64,000 bases of DNA from Candidatus Binataceae bacterium (GTDB lineage Bacteria > Desulfobacterota > Binatia > Binatales > Binataceae): assembly GCA_030041155.1 (NCBI GenBank), contig JASHOJ010000157.1, positions 8,328 to 72,327 on the forward strand, written 5' to 3'. Shown piece after piece: positions 1-9,761 of the stretch (its first letter is position 1; the number at the start of each line of letters is the position of its first letter). Under the pieces are notes generated by a model. It worked only from the letters and a program-made list of their open reading frames with translations, made no database searches and was not told where the DNA came from. The translations under genes and the position numbers were made by a program.

Positions 1-163
1 CACAACCGTAAATTATTCTGGACCGGCGGTTGACCTACAGCGGCGAAAGTTGACAATAGTTGCCGCACGTGTCGCCTAATCTTATGGCGTGATGCCGCCA
101 CACTGTGCGAAGGATGCCGCTCACCGACGATCATCGCCCCTTAAGGAAGCTAGGGAATTTGGT

Positions 164-179
164 TGGCATAAAGCCTGCT
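164..179 (+). promoter_or_regulatory. candidate sigma-54 (-24/-12) promoter
   Basis: TGGCAT-AAAGC-CTGCT. GG (165-166) and GC (177-178) are at canonical spacing. GC lies 50 nt upstream of ATG 228. The -12 element CTGC is weaker than TTGC. Confidence 0.4.
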
Positions 180-227
180 CATGATTCCGCGACGCTTCAC
201 GAAATTTGAAGCGAACCAAGGTGTAGT

Positions 228-728
228 ATGAACCTGACCGGATCGCAAAAAGATTTTCGCCCCGACCAGACCGGCGACCAGTTTCGCGCCGAGTGCAATC
301 GCCCCGACCCGTGGCTGAGCGTCGGTTTCGCTCCGGATTTCCTGGTACCCGCTCAGTTCTATGACCTGACGCGCCGGCGCGCCGCGATGAACGGCGAAAC
401 CAGGCTCGTCTACGCGGTGCTGGAGGATGCGGTCCGCTGCTACGTGCGCAATGCGAAGGCCTCGCGCGGGATGCGCCGCCAGCTATTTGACGAAGTGGAA
501 GGATGGTTTCAGGCCCGCGCAATGACGCCCTCGCTATTCTCATTCGCGCACGTATGCGAGGTGCTCGAGATCGATCCCAACGTGATTCGCCGCCAACTGC
601 GAAACCTGCGTCCCGAAGATCTGCCGACCAAGCAGAGCCGCTCGGTTGGCCGCCGCCACCTGGTGCGCGCTCGCAGACGCGGTGGCAGCCACTCGCGCGG
701 CTCGATTCGCCAGGCGATCGATGCGTGA
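228..728 (+). CDS. hypothetical protein (166 aa)
   Basis: ATG with AAGG about 7 nt upstream. Balanced composition and G/C-rich third positions in this frame. The longer antisense ORF 121..975 is an Arg-rich shadow. No family recognised. Confidence 0.6.
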   Translation: MNLTGSQKDFRPDQTGDQFRAECNRPDPWLSVGFAPDFLVPAQFYDLTRRRAAMNGETRLVYAVLEDAVRCYVRNAKASRGMRRQLFDEVEGWFQARAMTPSLFSFAHVCEVLEIDPNVIRRQLRNLRPEDLPTKQSRSVGRRHLVRARRRGGSHSRGSIRQAIDA

Positions 729-844
729 GGACTGGCGAGTATTGGCGCGCGCGCCGCGTGGGCGAGCAAATATCGCGGGACTGTAGCCTCGGTTCGACAT
801 ACCATCGAATCAGGATTGGCGCAGCTCGTTCGGGAGGCGCTCTG

Positions 845-1054
845 ATGAAAACGATCGCACCGGGCCTCGTACGTTTGATCGCGCGTCTGCTCCTGCTGGC
901 TTCCCTTACGCTCGCCTGTGGATGCGCACAGGCGGCAAGCACCACCAACAACATCACGGATACGACCGCGAGCACGACCAGTTCAGTGCTCGGCGGCGTT
1001 GAATCGGTAATCCTCTATCCCTTCCGTCTGATTGGGGATCTTTTCTCGTCCTAA
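845..1054 (+). CDS. small putative lipoprotein (69 aa)
   Basis: Internal ATG at 845 of ORF 503..1054. Signal peptide MKTIAPGLVRLIARLLLLASLTLACGC has a lipobox-like LACGC. Thr/Ser-rich mature part. Confidence 0.5.
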   Translation: MKTIAPGLVRLIARLLLLASLTLACGCAQAASTTNNITDTTASTTSSVLGGVESVILYPFRLIGDLFSS

Positions 1055-1208
1055 TTATTCTCCGGCTTGTGATTTTGTTCGCGTTAAGTCCTCAGTAATC
1101 TCGTTGGCCGAAAGGATCATCGGCGGGCGCCGATCGCTCGGCACGCAGCTCCTATGGGACGGCCTCATCTTGAATCTTTAGAGCGGACCTAATAACCGTT
1201 TAATTCCT

Positions 1209-2390
1209 ATGAGCGATCTCGAAACCTTTCGCCGTGAAACCCGCGCCTGGCTTGAATCAAATTGCCCGCCCGAGATGCGCCGGGCCTCGCAAGGCGAGTC
1301 GGATACCTGCTGGGGCGGGCGCAAATGGAAGTTCCAGTCCGACGCGCAGCGGATATGGCTTGAGCGGATGGCGGAAAAAGGCTGGACGGTGCCCGATTGG
1401 CCGCGCGAGTACGGCGGCGGCGGACTTTCGCACGACGAGGTGAAAATCCTGCGCCAGGAGATGCGCGCGCTTGGATGCCGCTCGCCGCTCGATAGCTTCG
1501 GAATCTGGATGCTCGGTCCGGCGCTGCTCAAGTATGGTTCCGATGCCCAAAAACGGGAGCATCTGCCGAAAATCGCGCGCGGCGAAATCAGATGGTGCCA
1601 GGGCTATTCGGAACCAGGTTCCGGCTCCGATCTCGCCTCGCTTCAGACCCGCGCCGTGGATCATGGCGATCACTACGTCGTAAACGGCTCGAAAATTTGG
1701 ACCTCCTATGCCGACAAGGCGGACTGGATCTTCTGCCTGGTCCGCACCGATCCCGACGCGCCAAAGCACGAAGGTATCAGCTTCCTGCTCTTCGACATGG
1801 AGAGCCAGGGCGTCTCCACCAAGCCGATCACGCTAATCTCGGGCGCGTCGCCGTTCTGCCAGACTTTCTTCGACGACGTCCTGGTGCCGAAGGCGAATCT
1901 GGTCGGAGAGCTCAACAAGGGCTGGACGATTGCCAAGTATCTGCTGACGCACGAACGCGACATGATTGGCGGGATGGGCCAGACGTCGGAATCGCGCTCA
2001 CTCGGCCAGACCGCGGCGGAGAGCGTCGGCCTGGAAAACGGAATTCTGGCTGACACGGTTCTGCGCGGGCAAATCGCAGCATATGAGATTGACGCGTGGG
2101 CATTTCGCCTGATGATGGAGCGGGCGGGAGACATGGCCAAAGCCGGCCAGGCGCATCCCGCAATTTCCTCTCTGCTCAAATATTACGGCACCGAACTCAA
2201 CAAGCGGCGGATGGAGCTGGTGATGTCAGCCGGCGGCACCGACGCGCTCGAATGGGAAGGCGCGCGGACTCGCGACGGCTCCCAGGTGCGCGCCTGGCTG
2301 CGCTCCAAGGCGAACTCAATCGAAGGCGGCACCAGCGAGGTGCAGCTCAATATCGTCGCCAAGCGAATTCTCGGATTGCCTGACGCTTAG
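1209..2390 (+). CDS. acyl-CoA dehydrogenase family protein
   Basis: 393 aa. Motifs GYSEPGSGSDLASL and C-terminal SIEGGTSEVQLNIVAKRILGLP are typical of ACADs. Confidence 0.85.
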   Translation: MSDLETFRRETRAWLESNCPPEMRRASQGESDTCWGGRKWKFQSDAQRIWLERMAEKGWTVPDWPREYGGGGLSHDEVKILRQEMRALGCRSPLDSFGIWMLGPALLKYGSDAQKREHLPKIARGEIRWCQGYSEPGSGSDLASLQTRAVDHGDHYVVNGSKIWTSYADKADWIFCLVRTDPDAPKHEGISFLLFDMESQGVSTKPITLISGASPFCQTFFDDVLVPKANLVGELNKGWTIAKYLLTHERDMIGGMGQTSESRSLGQTAAESVGLENGILADTVLRGQIAAYEIDAWAFRLMMERAGDMAKAGQAHPAISSLLKYYGTELNKRRMELVMSAGGTDALEWEGARTRDGSQVRAWLRSKANSIEGGTSEVQLNIVAKRILGLPDA

Positions 2391-2427
2391 GTTCTTAAGT
2401 CACCCTGAAAGGCCGGCCCGATCACGC

Positions 2428-3567
2428 ATGTCATTAGTGCTAACTTCCGAACAGACGATGCTCCGCGACAGCACGCGGAGCCTGCTCGTTAAAAGCGCCC
2501 CGATATCGCATCTGCGCCGCCTGCGCGACGAGCGCGACCCGGTCGGATTCTCGCGCCCGCTCTGGAAAGAGTTTGCCGCACTCGGACTGCCGGGAATTCT
2601 GGTGCCGCAACAGTACGGCGGCATGGGACTCGGCCACGTCGAGGCAGGAATCGTGATGGAAGAGCTGGGGCATACGCTTGCCCCCTCGCCTTTTCTTTCG
2701 ACCGCGGTGCTCGCGGCGACCGCGATCGCGCGCGGCGAGAACGAAGCGCAAAAACAGGAGTATCTGGAACGTATTGTCGCGGGCGATCTTATCGCTACGG
2801 TTGCGATCGACGAAACCGGCAAGCATCGTCCGGAAAAGATCGCGCTTTCCGCCGCGCGCTCGGAAAATGGCTTCGTTTTAAACGGCGCCAAAACGATGGT
2901 GCTGGACGGGCACGTAGCCGACCTTTTGATAGTTGCGGCCCGAACCGCCGGAACTCCCGGCGAGATACGCGGAATCACCCTGTTTCTTGTAAATGGCGGG
3001 TCAGGTGGGCCGCGCGCCGAACGGACCGTGATGGTGGACAGTCATAACGCCGCGCGGCTCACCTTCGACAACCTCAAGGTGCCTGGCAGCGCGGTGCTCG
3101 GAACTGTGGACGGCGGATGGACGCTCCTCGACGGCGTGCTGAACGCGGGCCGCGCCGCGACCGCGGCGGAGATGGCGGGCGCAAGCGAAGAAGCGTTCGC
3201 GCGCACGGTCGCGTATCTGAAAGAGCGCCGCCAGTTCGGCAGGCTAATCGGCGAGTTCCAGGCGCTGCAACATCGCGCCGCTCATCTCTATTGCGAGCTC
3301 GAAGTCACCCGCGCCGCTATTCTGAAGGCACAGCAGGCGCTCGACGAATCCTTCGACAAGGCAGGCCCGATTGTCGCGATGGCCAAAGCGCGTGCGGGCA
3401 AGAGTGCGACGCTTGCGGTGCAGGAAGGCGTGCAGATGCATGGCGGAATCGGGATGACCGACGAGTTCGACATCGGCCTGTTCATGAAACGGGTGCGCGT
3501 GATGCAGGAGCTGTTCGGGGACTCGAATTTTCACGCCGATCGCCTGGCGCGTCTGGGCCATTATTGA
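2428..3567 (+). CDS. acyl-CoA dehydrogenase family protein
   Basis: 379 aa. QMHGGIGMTDEFDIGLFMKR and RQFGRLIGEFQALQH are ACAD C-terminal motifs. Adjacent to a second ACAD, so a heteromeric pair is possible. Confidence 0.85.
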   Translation: MSLVLTSEQTMLRDSTRSLLVKSAPISHLRRLRDERDPVGFSRPLWKEFAALGLPGILVPQQYGGMGLGHVEAGIVMEELGHTLAPSPFLSTAVLAATAIARGENEAQKQEYLERIVAGDLIATVAIDETGKHRPEKIALSAARSENGFVLNGAKTMVLDGHVADLLIVAARTAGTPGEIRGITLFLVNGGSGGPRAERTVMVDSHNAARLTFDNLKVPGSAVLGTVDGGWTLLDGVLNAGRAATAAEMAGASEEAFARTVAYLKERRQFGRLIGEFQALQHRAAHLYCELEVTRAAILKAQQALDESFDKAGPIVAMAKARAGKSATLAVQEGVQMHGGIGMTDEFDIGLFMKRVRVMQELFGDSNFHADRLARLGHY

Positions 3568-4301
3568 TGGGCGAGGCCACGCAAGCAGGCGACGAATTTC
3601 TCGATAGTGCCGAGCTTTACGACGCGATCTACAGCTTCAAGGATTACGCGAAGGAGTGCGAGCGCCTGCGCGCGATAATCAATGTAGCCGCGCCCGGCGC
3701 CAAGACGCTGCTCGATGTCGCCTGCGGCACCGGATCCCATTCCCAATTCTTAAAGAAGTACTTTAAGGTCGATGGAATCGACCGCAACGAGGATTACCTG
3801 CGCGCGGCGCGGCGCAAAAATCCGGCCGGCCATTACCGGCGCGCCGACATGACCGGGTTCGATCTCGGCGCCACCTATCACGCGATTACCTGCCTGTTCA
3901 GCGCGATCGGTTATGTCGGCACAGTCGAGCGCCTGGGCCGCGCTATCGCCGTGATGGCGCGGCATCTTGCGCCCGGCGGCGTGCTTATAGTCGAACCGTG
4001 GCTTACGCCGGATCGCTGGCAGATCGGCACCCAGACCATAAACGGAGGCGAGTTGAGCGACGGCAAAGTCGTGCGGCTGGCGCTTTCCGGACGCGAGGGC
4101 AATCTGTCGGTAATCGCCCTGCACTATCTGCGCAGTAATCAAACCAGCATTCGTCATTACGTCGAGCGGATGGAACTGGGGCTTTTTACCCGCGACGAAA
4201 TGACGCGCGCGTTCACCGATGCGGCGCTCGATCTCGATGTCCGTTACGACGATAAGGGACTTATCGGGCGCGGCCTCTATATCGCCCGACTCCGAAGTTA
4301 A
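3567..4301 (+). CDS. class I SAM-dependent methyltransferase
   Basis: ATG 3567 overlaps the upstream TGA (TGATG). Motif I is LLDVACGTGSH. The upstream 150 codons of ORF 3117..4301 are an Arg-rich overlap with the ACAD gene. Confidence 0.8.
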   Translation: MGEATQAGDEFLDSAELYDAIYSFKDYAKECERLRAIINVAAPGAKTLLDVACGTGSHSQFLKKYFKVDGIDRNEDYLRAARRKNPAGHYRRADMTGFDLGATYHAITCLFSAIGYVGTVERLGRAIAVMARHLAPGGVLIVEPWLTPDRWQIGTQTINGGELSDGKVVRLALSGREGNLSVIALHYLRSNQTSIRHYVERMELGLFTRDEMTRAFTDAALDLDVRYDDKGLIGRGLYIARLRS

Positions 4302-4310
4302 TCAGAGACT

Positions 4311-5606
4311 TTAGGAAGTAACCGCGATCGCGGCCGGCTCCGGCCGCGGTGCGAACTGCGCCTGTTCGCTTTCGAGCGATCGCACTCCGAGCATCGCGAC
4401 CGCGGAAAGCGCGAGCACGGTCATGAAGGTCAGGATTGCGATCATGTAGCTGTGGGTTACATCGAAGATTTTACCGGCAGCAATCGGACTGAACGCCGCG
4501 CCGAGCGTATAAAACACGCCGCAAATTCCCATCACCGAACCAAGGCGGCGCATGCCGAGCGATTCAATCATCACCAGCGGAATCTGCACCGCAAACGCCC
4601 CAGCCGCATAGCCGCCCGCCACGATAAAAACGATCAGCCAGAACAGATGGCCCGCACCTGCCATCCCGATCATCCCGATCGTGGAAAGCACAAAAGTTCC
4701 CACCATTGCCACGCGCGCTCCGAAACGATCCGCTGCCGGACCGCCAAAAAGCGTGCCCGCGGTCGTGCCGATCAGGTAAAGACTGATGACTGAAGCGGCA
4801 ATCGTCGCCGTGTAGCCGATGCCGGTCAGGTATGCGATCACATGCGGAGCCATCCCGATACTGGTGCCGGCGAACAACTCGATGACACACAGCAGCAAGA
4901 ACGAACGCGTCCGCCAGGCCTGCGAGATTTCCAATCCCGGCAGGACGATGGACGGCGAAGCAGTACCTGACGGAGGAGCAGTCGGACGGCCAAGCGCGGC
5001 TTTTTCCACGCGAGCCGCATCGCGCTCCGCGGCGGATTTGCTGGTATGCACCACGATCATAATCGCGGGCACGACAGCGAGCAGGATCGGCAGCGCGAGC
5101 ACTACGTAGCCAATGCGCCAACCGCCGGACTGGACCGCAAAGCTCGCGACCATCGTCATCACCGCGCCGCCGATAGTCGCACCCGCAAACGCTATGCCCA
5201 TCGCCAGGCCGCGGCGCTGCTCGAACCATCCCGCGATAATCAGCGACATCGGAATGGTGGTGGAGGCGCCGACGCAGATTCCGAACGCGCCGTTGATGGC
5301 AAGAAATTCCCCGAACGTGGTCGCGCGGCTGAGCGCCAGCCACAAGAGGCCGGTGATCGCCGCGCCGAAGATCATCATCTTTTTCGGGTTCACGCGATCG
5401 GCGATCCATCCGATCGCGGGTCCCGCGGCGCCGCCGGTGATCCATCCGATCGACAGTGCCACGGAAAGTTTCTCGCGAGTCCATCCGAAGGTCTTGAGCA
5501 CTGGGACGAAGAACACCGCGCCGGAATTTATTCCGCCCCAGATAAAGAACATCGCGACGAAAATTGCGCCGACGACGAACCACGCCTGCCGCTCGCGTTT
5601 ACTCAT
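4311..5606 (-). CDS. MFS transporter
   Basis: 431 aa, about 12 hydrophobic helices, central charged loop (TSKSAAERDAARVEKAA). Confidence 0.8.
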   Translation of the reverse strand: MSKRERQAWFVVGAIFVAMFFIWGGINSGAVFFVPVLKTFGWTREKLSVALSIGWITGGAAGPAIGWIADRVNPKKMMIFGAAITGLLWLALSRATTFGEFLAINGAFGICVGASTTIPMSLIIAGWFEQRRGLAMGIAFAGATIGGAVMTMVASFAVQSGGWRIGYVVLALPILLAVVPAIMIVVHTSKSAAERDAARVEKAALGRPTAPPSGTASPSIVLPGLEISQAWRTRSFLLLCVIELFAGTSIGMAPHVIAYLTGIGYTATIAASVISLYLIGTTAGTLFGGPAADRFGARVAMVGTFVLSTIGMIGMAGAGHLFWLIVFIVAGGYAAGAFAVQIPLVMIESLGMRRLGSVMGICGVFYTLGAAFSPIAAGKIFDVTHSYMIAILTFMTVLALSAVAMLGVRSLESEQAQFAPRPEPAAIAVTS

Positions 5607-5709
5607 CTAATGAGCACCGACTCGCCCGCTATGCCGGCGCATACTACCATTGCGCCGCCATCTCACCAGCCCGAACCGATTATAGCCAAGCCGCGGCGAA
5701 ACACCCCTA

Positions 5710-6786
5710 TCAAATCCGCTTGCCGGTCTCCGGCTCGAAGTTATGAACCCGCGCCGGATCGAAGTAGAAGCGTCGATTCTCCCCCGGCGCGATCCGCTCC
5801 GCCACCTGCGCGACGACTTCGATGCCGGTCATTTCGCTGCCGGCCATCGAAGCCCGAACCACCGACGTTGCGCCGGTATATTCGACGCTCTCGACCTCGA
5901 CATCGATCGCACACCATCCCTCGCACGGCTTAAGGGTCAGGTCGCGCGGCCTGATTCCGATGATCACCGCGCCGGATAGATTCTCCGGCGGCTTCAGCGC
6001 AAGCCGAACGCCCGCGATCGACACGCCCAGGCGGTCCCGATCGACCTCCGCGCGCAGCAGGTTCATTGAAGGCTCGCCGACGAATCTTCCGACGAACGAG
6101 GACGCGGGATGATCGTAGATTTCCTTCGGAGTTCCAAGCTGTTGGATTTGCCCTTCGCGCATCACCGCCATTCGGTCGGCAAGGCTCAACGCTTCGAGTT
6201 GATCGTGGCTGACATAGATGAAGGTTCTCTCAGTGCGGCGTTGAAACTCCTTTAGTTCGCGGCGAACACCGGCGCGCAGTTGCTCGTCAAGGCTGCCGAG
6301 CGCCTCGTCCATCAGAATAATATCCGGCTCGCGTACCAGGGCGCGCGCGAGCGCGACCCGCTGGCGTTCACCGCCCGAGAGTTCGCGCGGATAACGCGAG
6401 AGATCGAGATTGAGTCCGGCCTTGCGCGCGCTCTCCGCGACCCGGCGACCGATTTCGGAGCGCGGAACTTTCCTAAGTTTCAGCGGAAAGGCGATATTCT
6501 GGAACACGCTCATGTGCGGATAGAGCGCGAAGTTCTGAAACACCATCGCCACGCGATCCCGATATACGGGATCAGTTACGCTGGCGCCGCCGTCCATTTC
6601 GATGGTTCCGCCGTCCGGCCGATCGAGCCCGGCGATAAGCCTGAGCAGCGTGCTCTTGCCGCATCCCGAGGGTCCAAGCAGAACCAGAAACTCGCCGCGC
6701 GCAACTTCGAGCGAAATTTCGGACACCCCGCCACCGGAGGGAAACCTTCGCGTGAGCTTTTCAATCGACAGAACTTTGCTTGCCAT
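5710..6786 (-). CDS. sugar ABC transporter ATP-binding protein (MalK/UgpC-like)
   Basis: Walker A GPSGCGKST, signature LSGGERQRVALARAL, Walker B IILMDEA. C-terminal regulatory-type extension. Confidence 0.9.
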   Translation of the reverse strand: MASKVLSIEKLTRRFPSGGGVSEISLEVARGEFLVLLGPSGCGKSTLLRLIAGLDRPDGGTIEMDGGASVTDPVYRDRVAMVFQNFALYPHMSVFQNIAFPLKLRKVPRSEIGRRVAESARKAGLNLDLSRYPRELSGGERQRVALARALVREPDIILMDEALGSLDEQLRAGVRRELKEFQRRTERTFIYVSHDQLEALSLADRMAVMREGQIQQLGTPKEIYDHPASSFVGRFVGEPSMNLLRAEVDRDRLGVSIAGVRLALKPPENLSGAVIIGIRPRDLTLKPCEGWCAIDVEVESVEYTGATSVVRASMAGSEMTGIEVVAQVAERIAPGENRRFYFDPARVHNFEPETGKRI

Positions 6787-6811
6787 CGAAATTGCGGCTT
6801 AAGCGGCGCGC

Positions 6812-7648
6812 TCAGCGCGTTCCCGTCGCAAGGGTCGATCCGCGCAGCACCGGACCGAGCGCAATCACCACGATGACGGCGGGAATCATCATCAGCACCG
6901 CCAGCGCGCTTGCGGGGCCGACGTTGCCGAAGGTCGTATAGTAATACAACAGCGGCGGGAGTGTGCGATTGGTCTGCTGCAGCAAAAGCGCGAACCCGAA
7001 TTCATCCCAGCTCAGGATAAAGCAGAGGACGAACGCGGCGGCGATCGCTCCACGCGCCATCGGCAGATCGACGCTCAGGAAAATCCGCAGTGGGCTGGCG
7101 CCGTCGAGCCAGGCTGCTTCCTCGATTTCGGGGGCAATCGCGGCAAATGCCGCATACAGGGTCAGCGCGGCGGTCGGAACCGCGATTGCGCAGTGAACGA
7201 TCGCAAGTCCGATTGCGCTCGGCTGATCGTAGAGATCGAGCATCGCGAGCGCGATACCGAGCGGGATTGCCACCGATATCATCGGCAGCAGGCGGGTGCC
7301 CGAGACCGCCGCGAAACCGATTTTTCTTCCGCTCGGTCCGCGCGCCATCGCATACGCGAGCATCGCGCCGAGTATTGTCGCCGCGGCGGCCGAGCCGACT
7401 CCCACCCCGATGCTCCTGATTAGCGCACCGCGCAATTCGCCCACCGCGAAGATGGTTTCGAAGTGCGCGGGCGTTAGATGGTGCGGATACCATTTTGGCG
7501 GCCATGCAAACGTCTCCAGTTCCGGAGTGATCGACTGCTTTACGAGCAGATAGAGCGGCACCAGCGCCGCGATAATCGCGAGCGCACTGAGAATCCAGCG
7601 CGCTGCCTCCAGCGCGGCGCGCGTGCGCCGCTGCGTGAGCGCGCTCAT
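6812..7648 (-). CDS. carbohydrate ABC transporter permease
   Basis: ATG 7648 overlaps the stop of the upstream permease (ATGA). EAA loop is EAAWLDGASPLRIFLSVDLPMARGA. Confidence 0.8.
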   Translation of the reverse strand: MSALTQRRTRAALEAARWILSALAIIAALVPLYLLVKQSITPELETFAWPPKWYPHHLTPAHFETIFAVGELRGALIRSIGVGVGSAAAATILGAMLAYAMARGPSGRKIGFAAVSGTRLLPMISVAIPLGIALAMLDLYDQPSAIGLAIVHCAIAVPTAALTLYAAFAAIAPEIEEAAWLDGASPLRIFLSVDLPMARGAIAAAFVLCFILSWDEFGFALLLQQTNRTLPPLLYYYTTFGNVGPASALAVLMMIPAVIVVIALGPVLRGSTLATGTR

Positions 7649-8499
7649 GCCAGCCCCGTTTGCCGCGGCGCCCATTTGCGCGCCGCCGCAAGCCCGCCGA
7701 TGCCGATTATCGTGACCAGCAGCGCAAGGATCATCGAGGCCGCCATCGCCTCGCGCGGAAGCTGCGAATCGCTCCACAGCCCGTATGCGTACGTGGAGAG
7801 AACGGGAACTCCCTCGGCGCCGGTCAGAACCAGCACGGTGGAAAAAATCCGCAGCGCGTCGATTCCGCGCAGCACCAGGGCTCCGATTATCGCCGGCGTC
7901 AGCATCGGCAGCGTCACGTAGCGAAACGCCGCAATCGGACCCGCGCCATCCAAGGCTGCGGCCTCATAGAGCTCCGGCGGAATGGTTTCCAGGCCAGCGA
8001 TCAGCATCAGCATCACAATCGGCGTGACATGCCACGCATCGACGACGATCACGCTCACCATCGCAAGCCAGGCGCTCGGGCTTATCCACGGCAGCGCGTG
8101 CAGATGCGCGGCCACCAGCGCGGCGTTGACATATCCGCGCGGCATCAGCAGGTAGCGCGCCAAAGTGAGGATCACGATTTCGGGAATCGCGAACGGCAGA
8201 ATGGCGGCCACTTCCACCAATCGCGATCGTTTAGGCCGCGCGGTCAACACCAGCGCGAGACCGAGGCCTACCGCAAATTCGACAATAAGGCTTCCGATCG
8301 GCAGGATAAGGTTGTTGATCAGCGCCCGCCAGAACATCGCGTCGCGGAACATCTCCCGATAGTAATGCAGCGACGCCGCGCCATTGTGATCGAACGAAAG
8401 CCTGAGTCCTCCTATCGCCGGCAACACCAGGACCGCGACCATCGTCAGCGACGGCACGGCGATGAAGATCGCGCGAAGGCGGCGGGACGCCTGGTTCAT
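7645..8499 (-). CDS. carbohydrate ABC transporter permease
   Basis: ATG 8499 overlaps the SBP stop (ATGA). EAA loop is EAAALDGAGPIAAFRYVTLPMLTPA. Confidence 0.8.
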   Translation of the reverse strand: MNQASRRLRAIFIAVPSLTMVAVLVLPAIGGLRLSFDHNGAASLHYYREMFRDAMFWRALINNLILPIGSLIVEFAVGLGLALVLTARPKRSRLVEVAAILPFAIPEIVILTLARYLLMPRGYVNAALVAAHLHALPWISPSAWLAMVSVIVVDAWHVTPIVMLMLIAGLETIPPELYEAAALDGAGPIAAFRYVTLPMLTPAIIGALVLRGIDALRIFSTVLVLTGAEGVPVLSTYAYGLWSDSQLPREAMAASMILALLVTIIGIGGLAAARKWAPRQTGLA

Positions 8500-9761
8500 C
8501 GCGATAGACTCGCGCAGCAGCGCGCCTGCGACGCTTCGAGCGAGGCGGGATACGCGCCGCCGGGCATAATCCAATTTAGTTGCTGGCGCGGCGCTTTATC
8601 GTCGAACAGGACAGCGCGAATTGCGCGCTGCCATCTGTTACTCAGATCCGCGTAGCAATCGACCGCCGGACGCGCGCGTACATACGGCTGCATCGCGGTG
8701 AATCCCGAGTAAATCTCCGCGTCGGCGCTGCCTGGCGGTGGCGGCACCGACCCATACCATCCAAGCTCTCGGCTTAGCTCCGTCTGAGTCTTTCGAGTGA
8801 GCAGCCAAGCAAGGAACTGGCGGGCGAGCTCGGGATGGGGCGCAGAGACTGGAATCGCCAGATATCCGCCGCCGAGCGGCGTTGCGCGTCCATCAGGTCC
8901 CGCGGGCAGCGGCGCGCTCAGATCGACCAGCGGCGAAAGCCCCTTCGACGCGAGATATTCCATCGCAAATGGCCAGTTGAAATGAATCCATACCGAGCCG
9001 CGCGCCTGCGCCTCGAGCACTGACATCTCGCGGTAGACGGCCGACTCGTCGCTTAAATCGGGCGCAAGCCGGGCGAGCATCGTAAGCGCTGCGATCGAAC
9101 CCGGCGAATCGGGTGTGCATTCGCTGCCGCCTGCGCTCCACACAAACGGCATGACATCGCAAATCGCGCCCTCATAACGCGCCGTCTTGAGCGCGAACTT
9201 GCCCGGATGCGCGCGCGCGAAGCGTTCTAGTTCATCCCAGGTGGAGGGCGGATTTGGCACTTCGATTCGGTTGTAGATGAGCGCCTGCCACATCAAACGA
9301 TGCGGCACGAAATAGATGTGGCCGTCGATGGTGGCGGCGGCCCACGCCTGGTCCGGGAAGAGCGCCCGCGCCTGCGGCGTGATCAAGTCGTCGACCACGC
9401 TCGCATATTTGCGCGCCTCGCCCAGCATCGCGAGGTCGAGTTCTACCAGATCAAGACTGCCCTGACGGCTACCACCTTGCACGCGGATTGCTTGCAGGAT
9501 GTCGGTGTAGCTCTGTGCGATAATATTGACTCGGACGTGATTGGCTCGCTCGAAAGCTGCGGTAAACTTGGCATAGCGATCCGCTTCGGAGGGAAACACC
9601 GCCAGCGCAACGGTGAGCGTTCCCGGTGCGGTCCTGCGCGGCGAGCATCCACACAGCCAGAGCATCCAGATGACAGCCAGGAGCAACGGCGCCTCCGCGA
9701 ACAGCAGGTGCCGGAATTCGGAACTATCGGACTCGGATCGGAGATGCAGGGATGACAGCAA
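8496..9761 (-). CDS. ABC transporter extracellular solute-binding protein (lipoprotein-type signal)
   Basis: 421-aa ORF from TTG 9761. Hydrophobic leader ends ...WMLWLCGCS. First gene of the SBP-permease-permease-ATPase operon. The exact start is uncertain (alternative ATG at 9665). Confidence 0.7.
   Translation of the reverse strand: MLSSLHLRSESDSSEFRHLLFAEAPLLLAVIWMLWLCGCSPRRTAPGTLTVALAVFPSEADRYAKFTAAFERANHVRVNIIAQSYTDILQAIRVQGGSRQGSLDLVELDLAMLGEARKYASVVDDLITPQARALFPDQAWAAATIDGHIYFVPHRLMWQALIYNRIEVPNPPSTWDELERFARAHPGKFALKTARYEGAICDVMPFVWSAGGSECTPDSPGSIAALTMLARLAPDLSDESAVYREMSVLEAQARGSVWIHFNWPFAMEYLASKGLSPLVDLSAPLPAGPDGRATPLGGGYLAIPVSAPHPELARQFLAWLLTRKTQTELSRELGWYGSVPPPPGSADAEIYSGFTAMQPYVRARPAVDCYADLSNRWQRAIRAVLFDDKAPRQQLNWIMPGGAYPASLEASQARCCASLSR

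Noticed and set aside
121-975. 284-aa minus-strand ORF, the longest ORF at the left edge
   Set aside because: It is extremely Arg/Ser/Ala/Gly-rich and antisense to two plus-strand ORFs with sensible composition and start contexts. This is a typical high-GC shadow frame.
3117-3566. 150-codon N-terminal extension of the methyltransferase ORF
   Set aside because: It is Arg-rich and lies entirely inside the upstream acyl-CoA dehydrogenase gene in another frame. ATG 3567 gives a normal-length methyltransferase with a TGATG junction.
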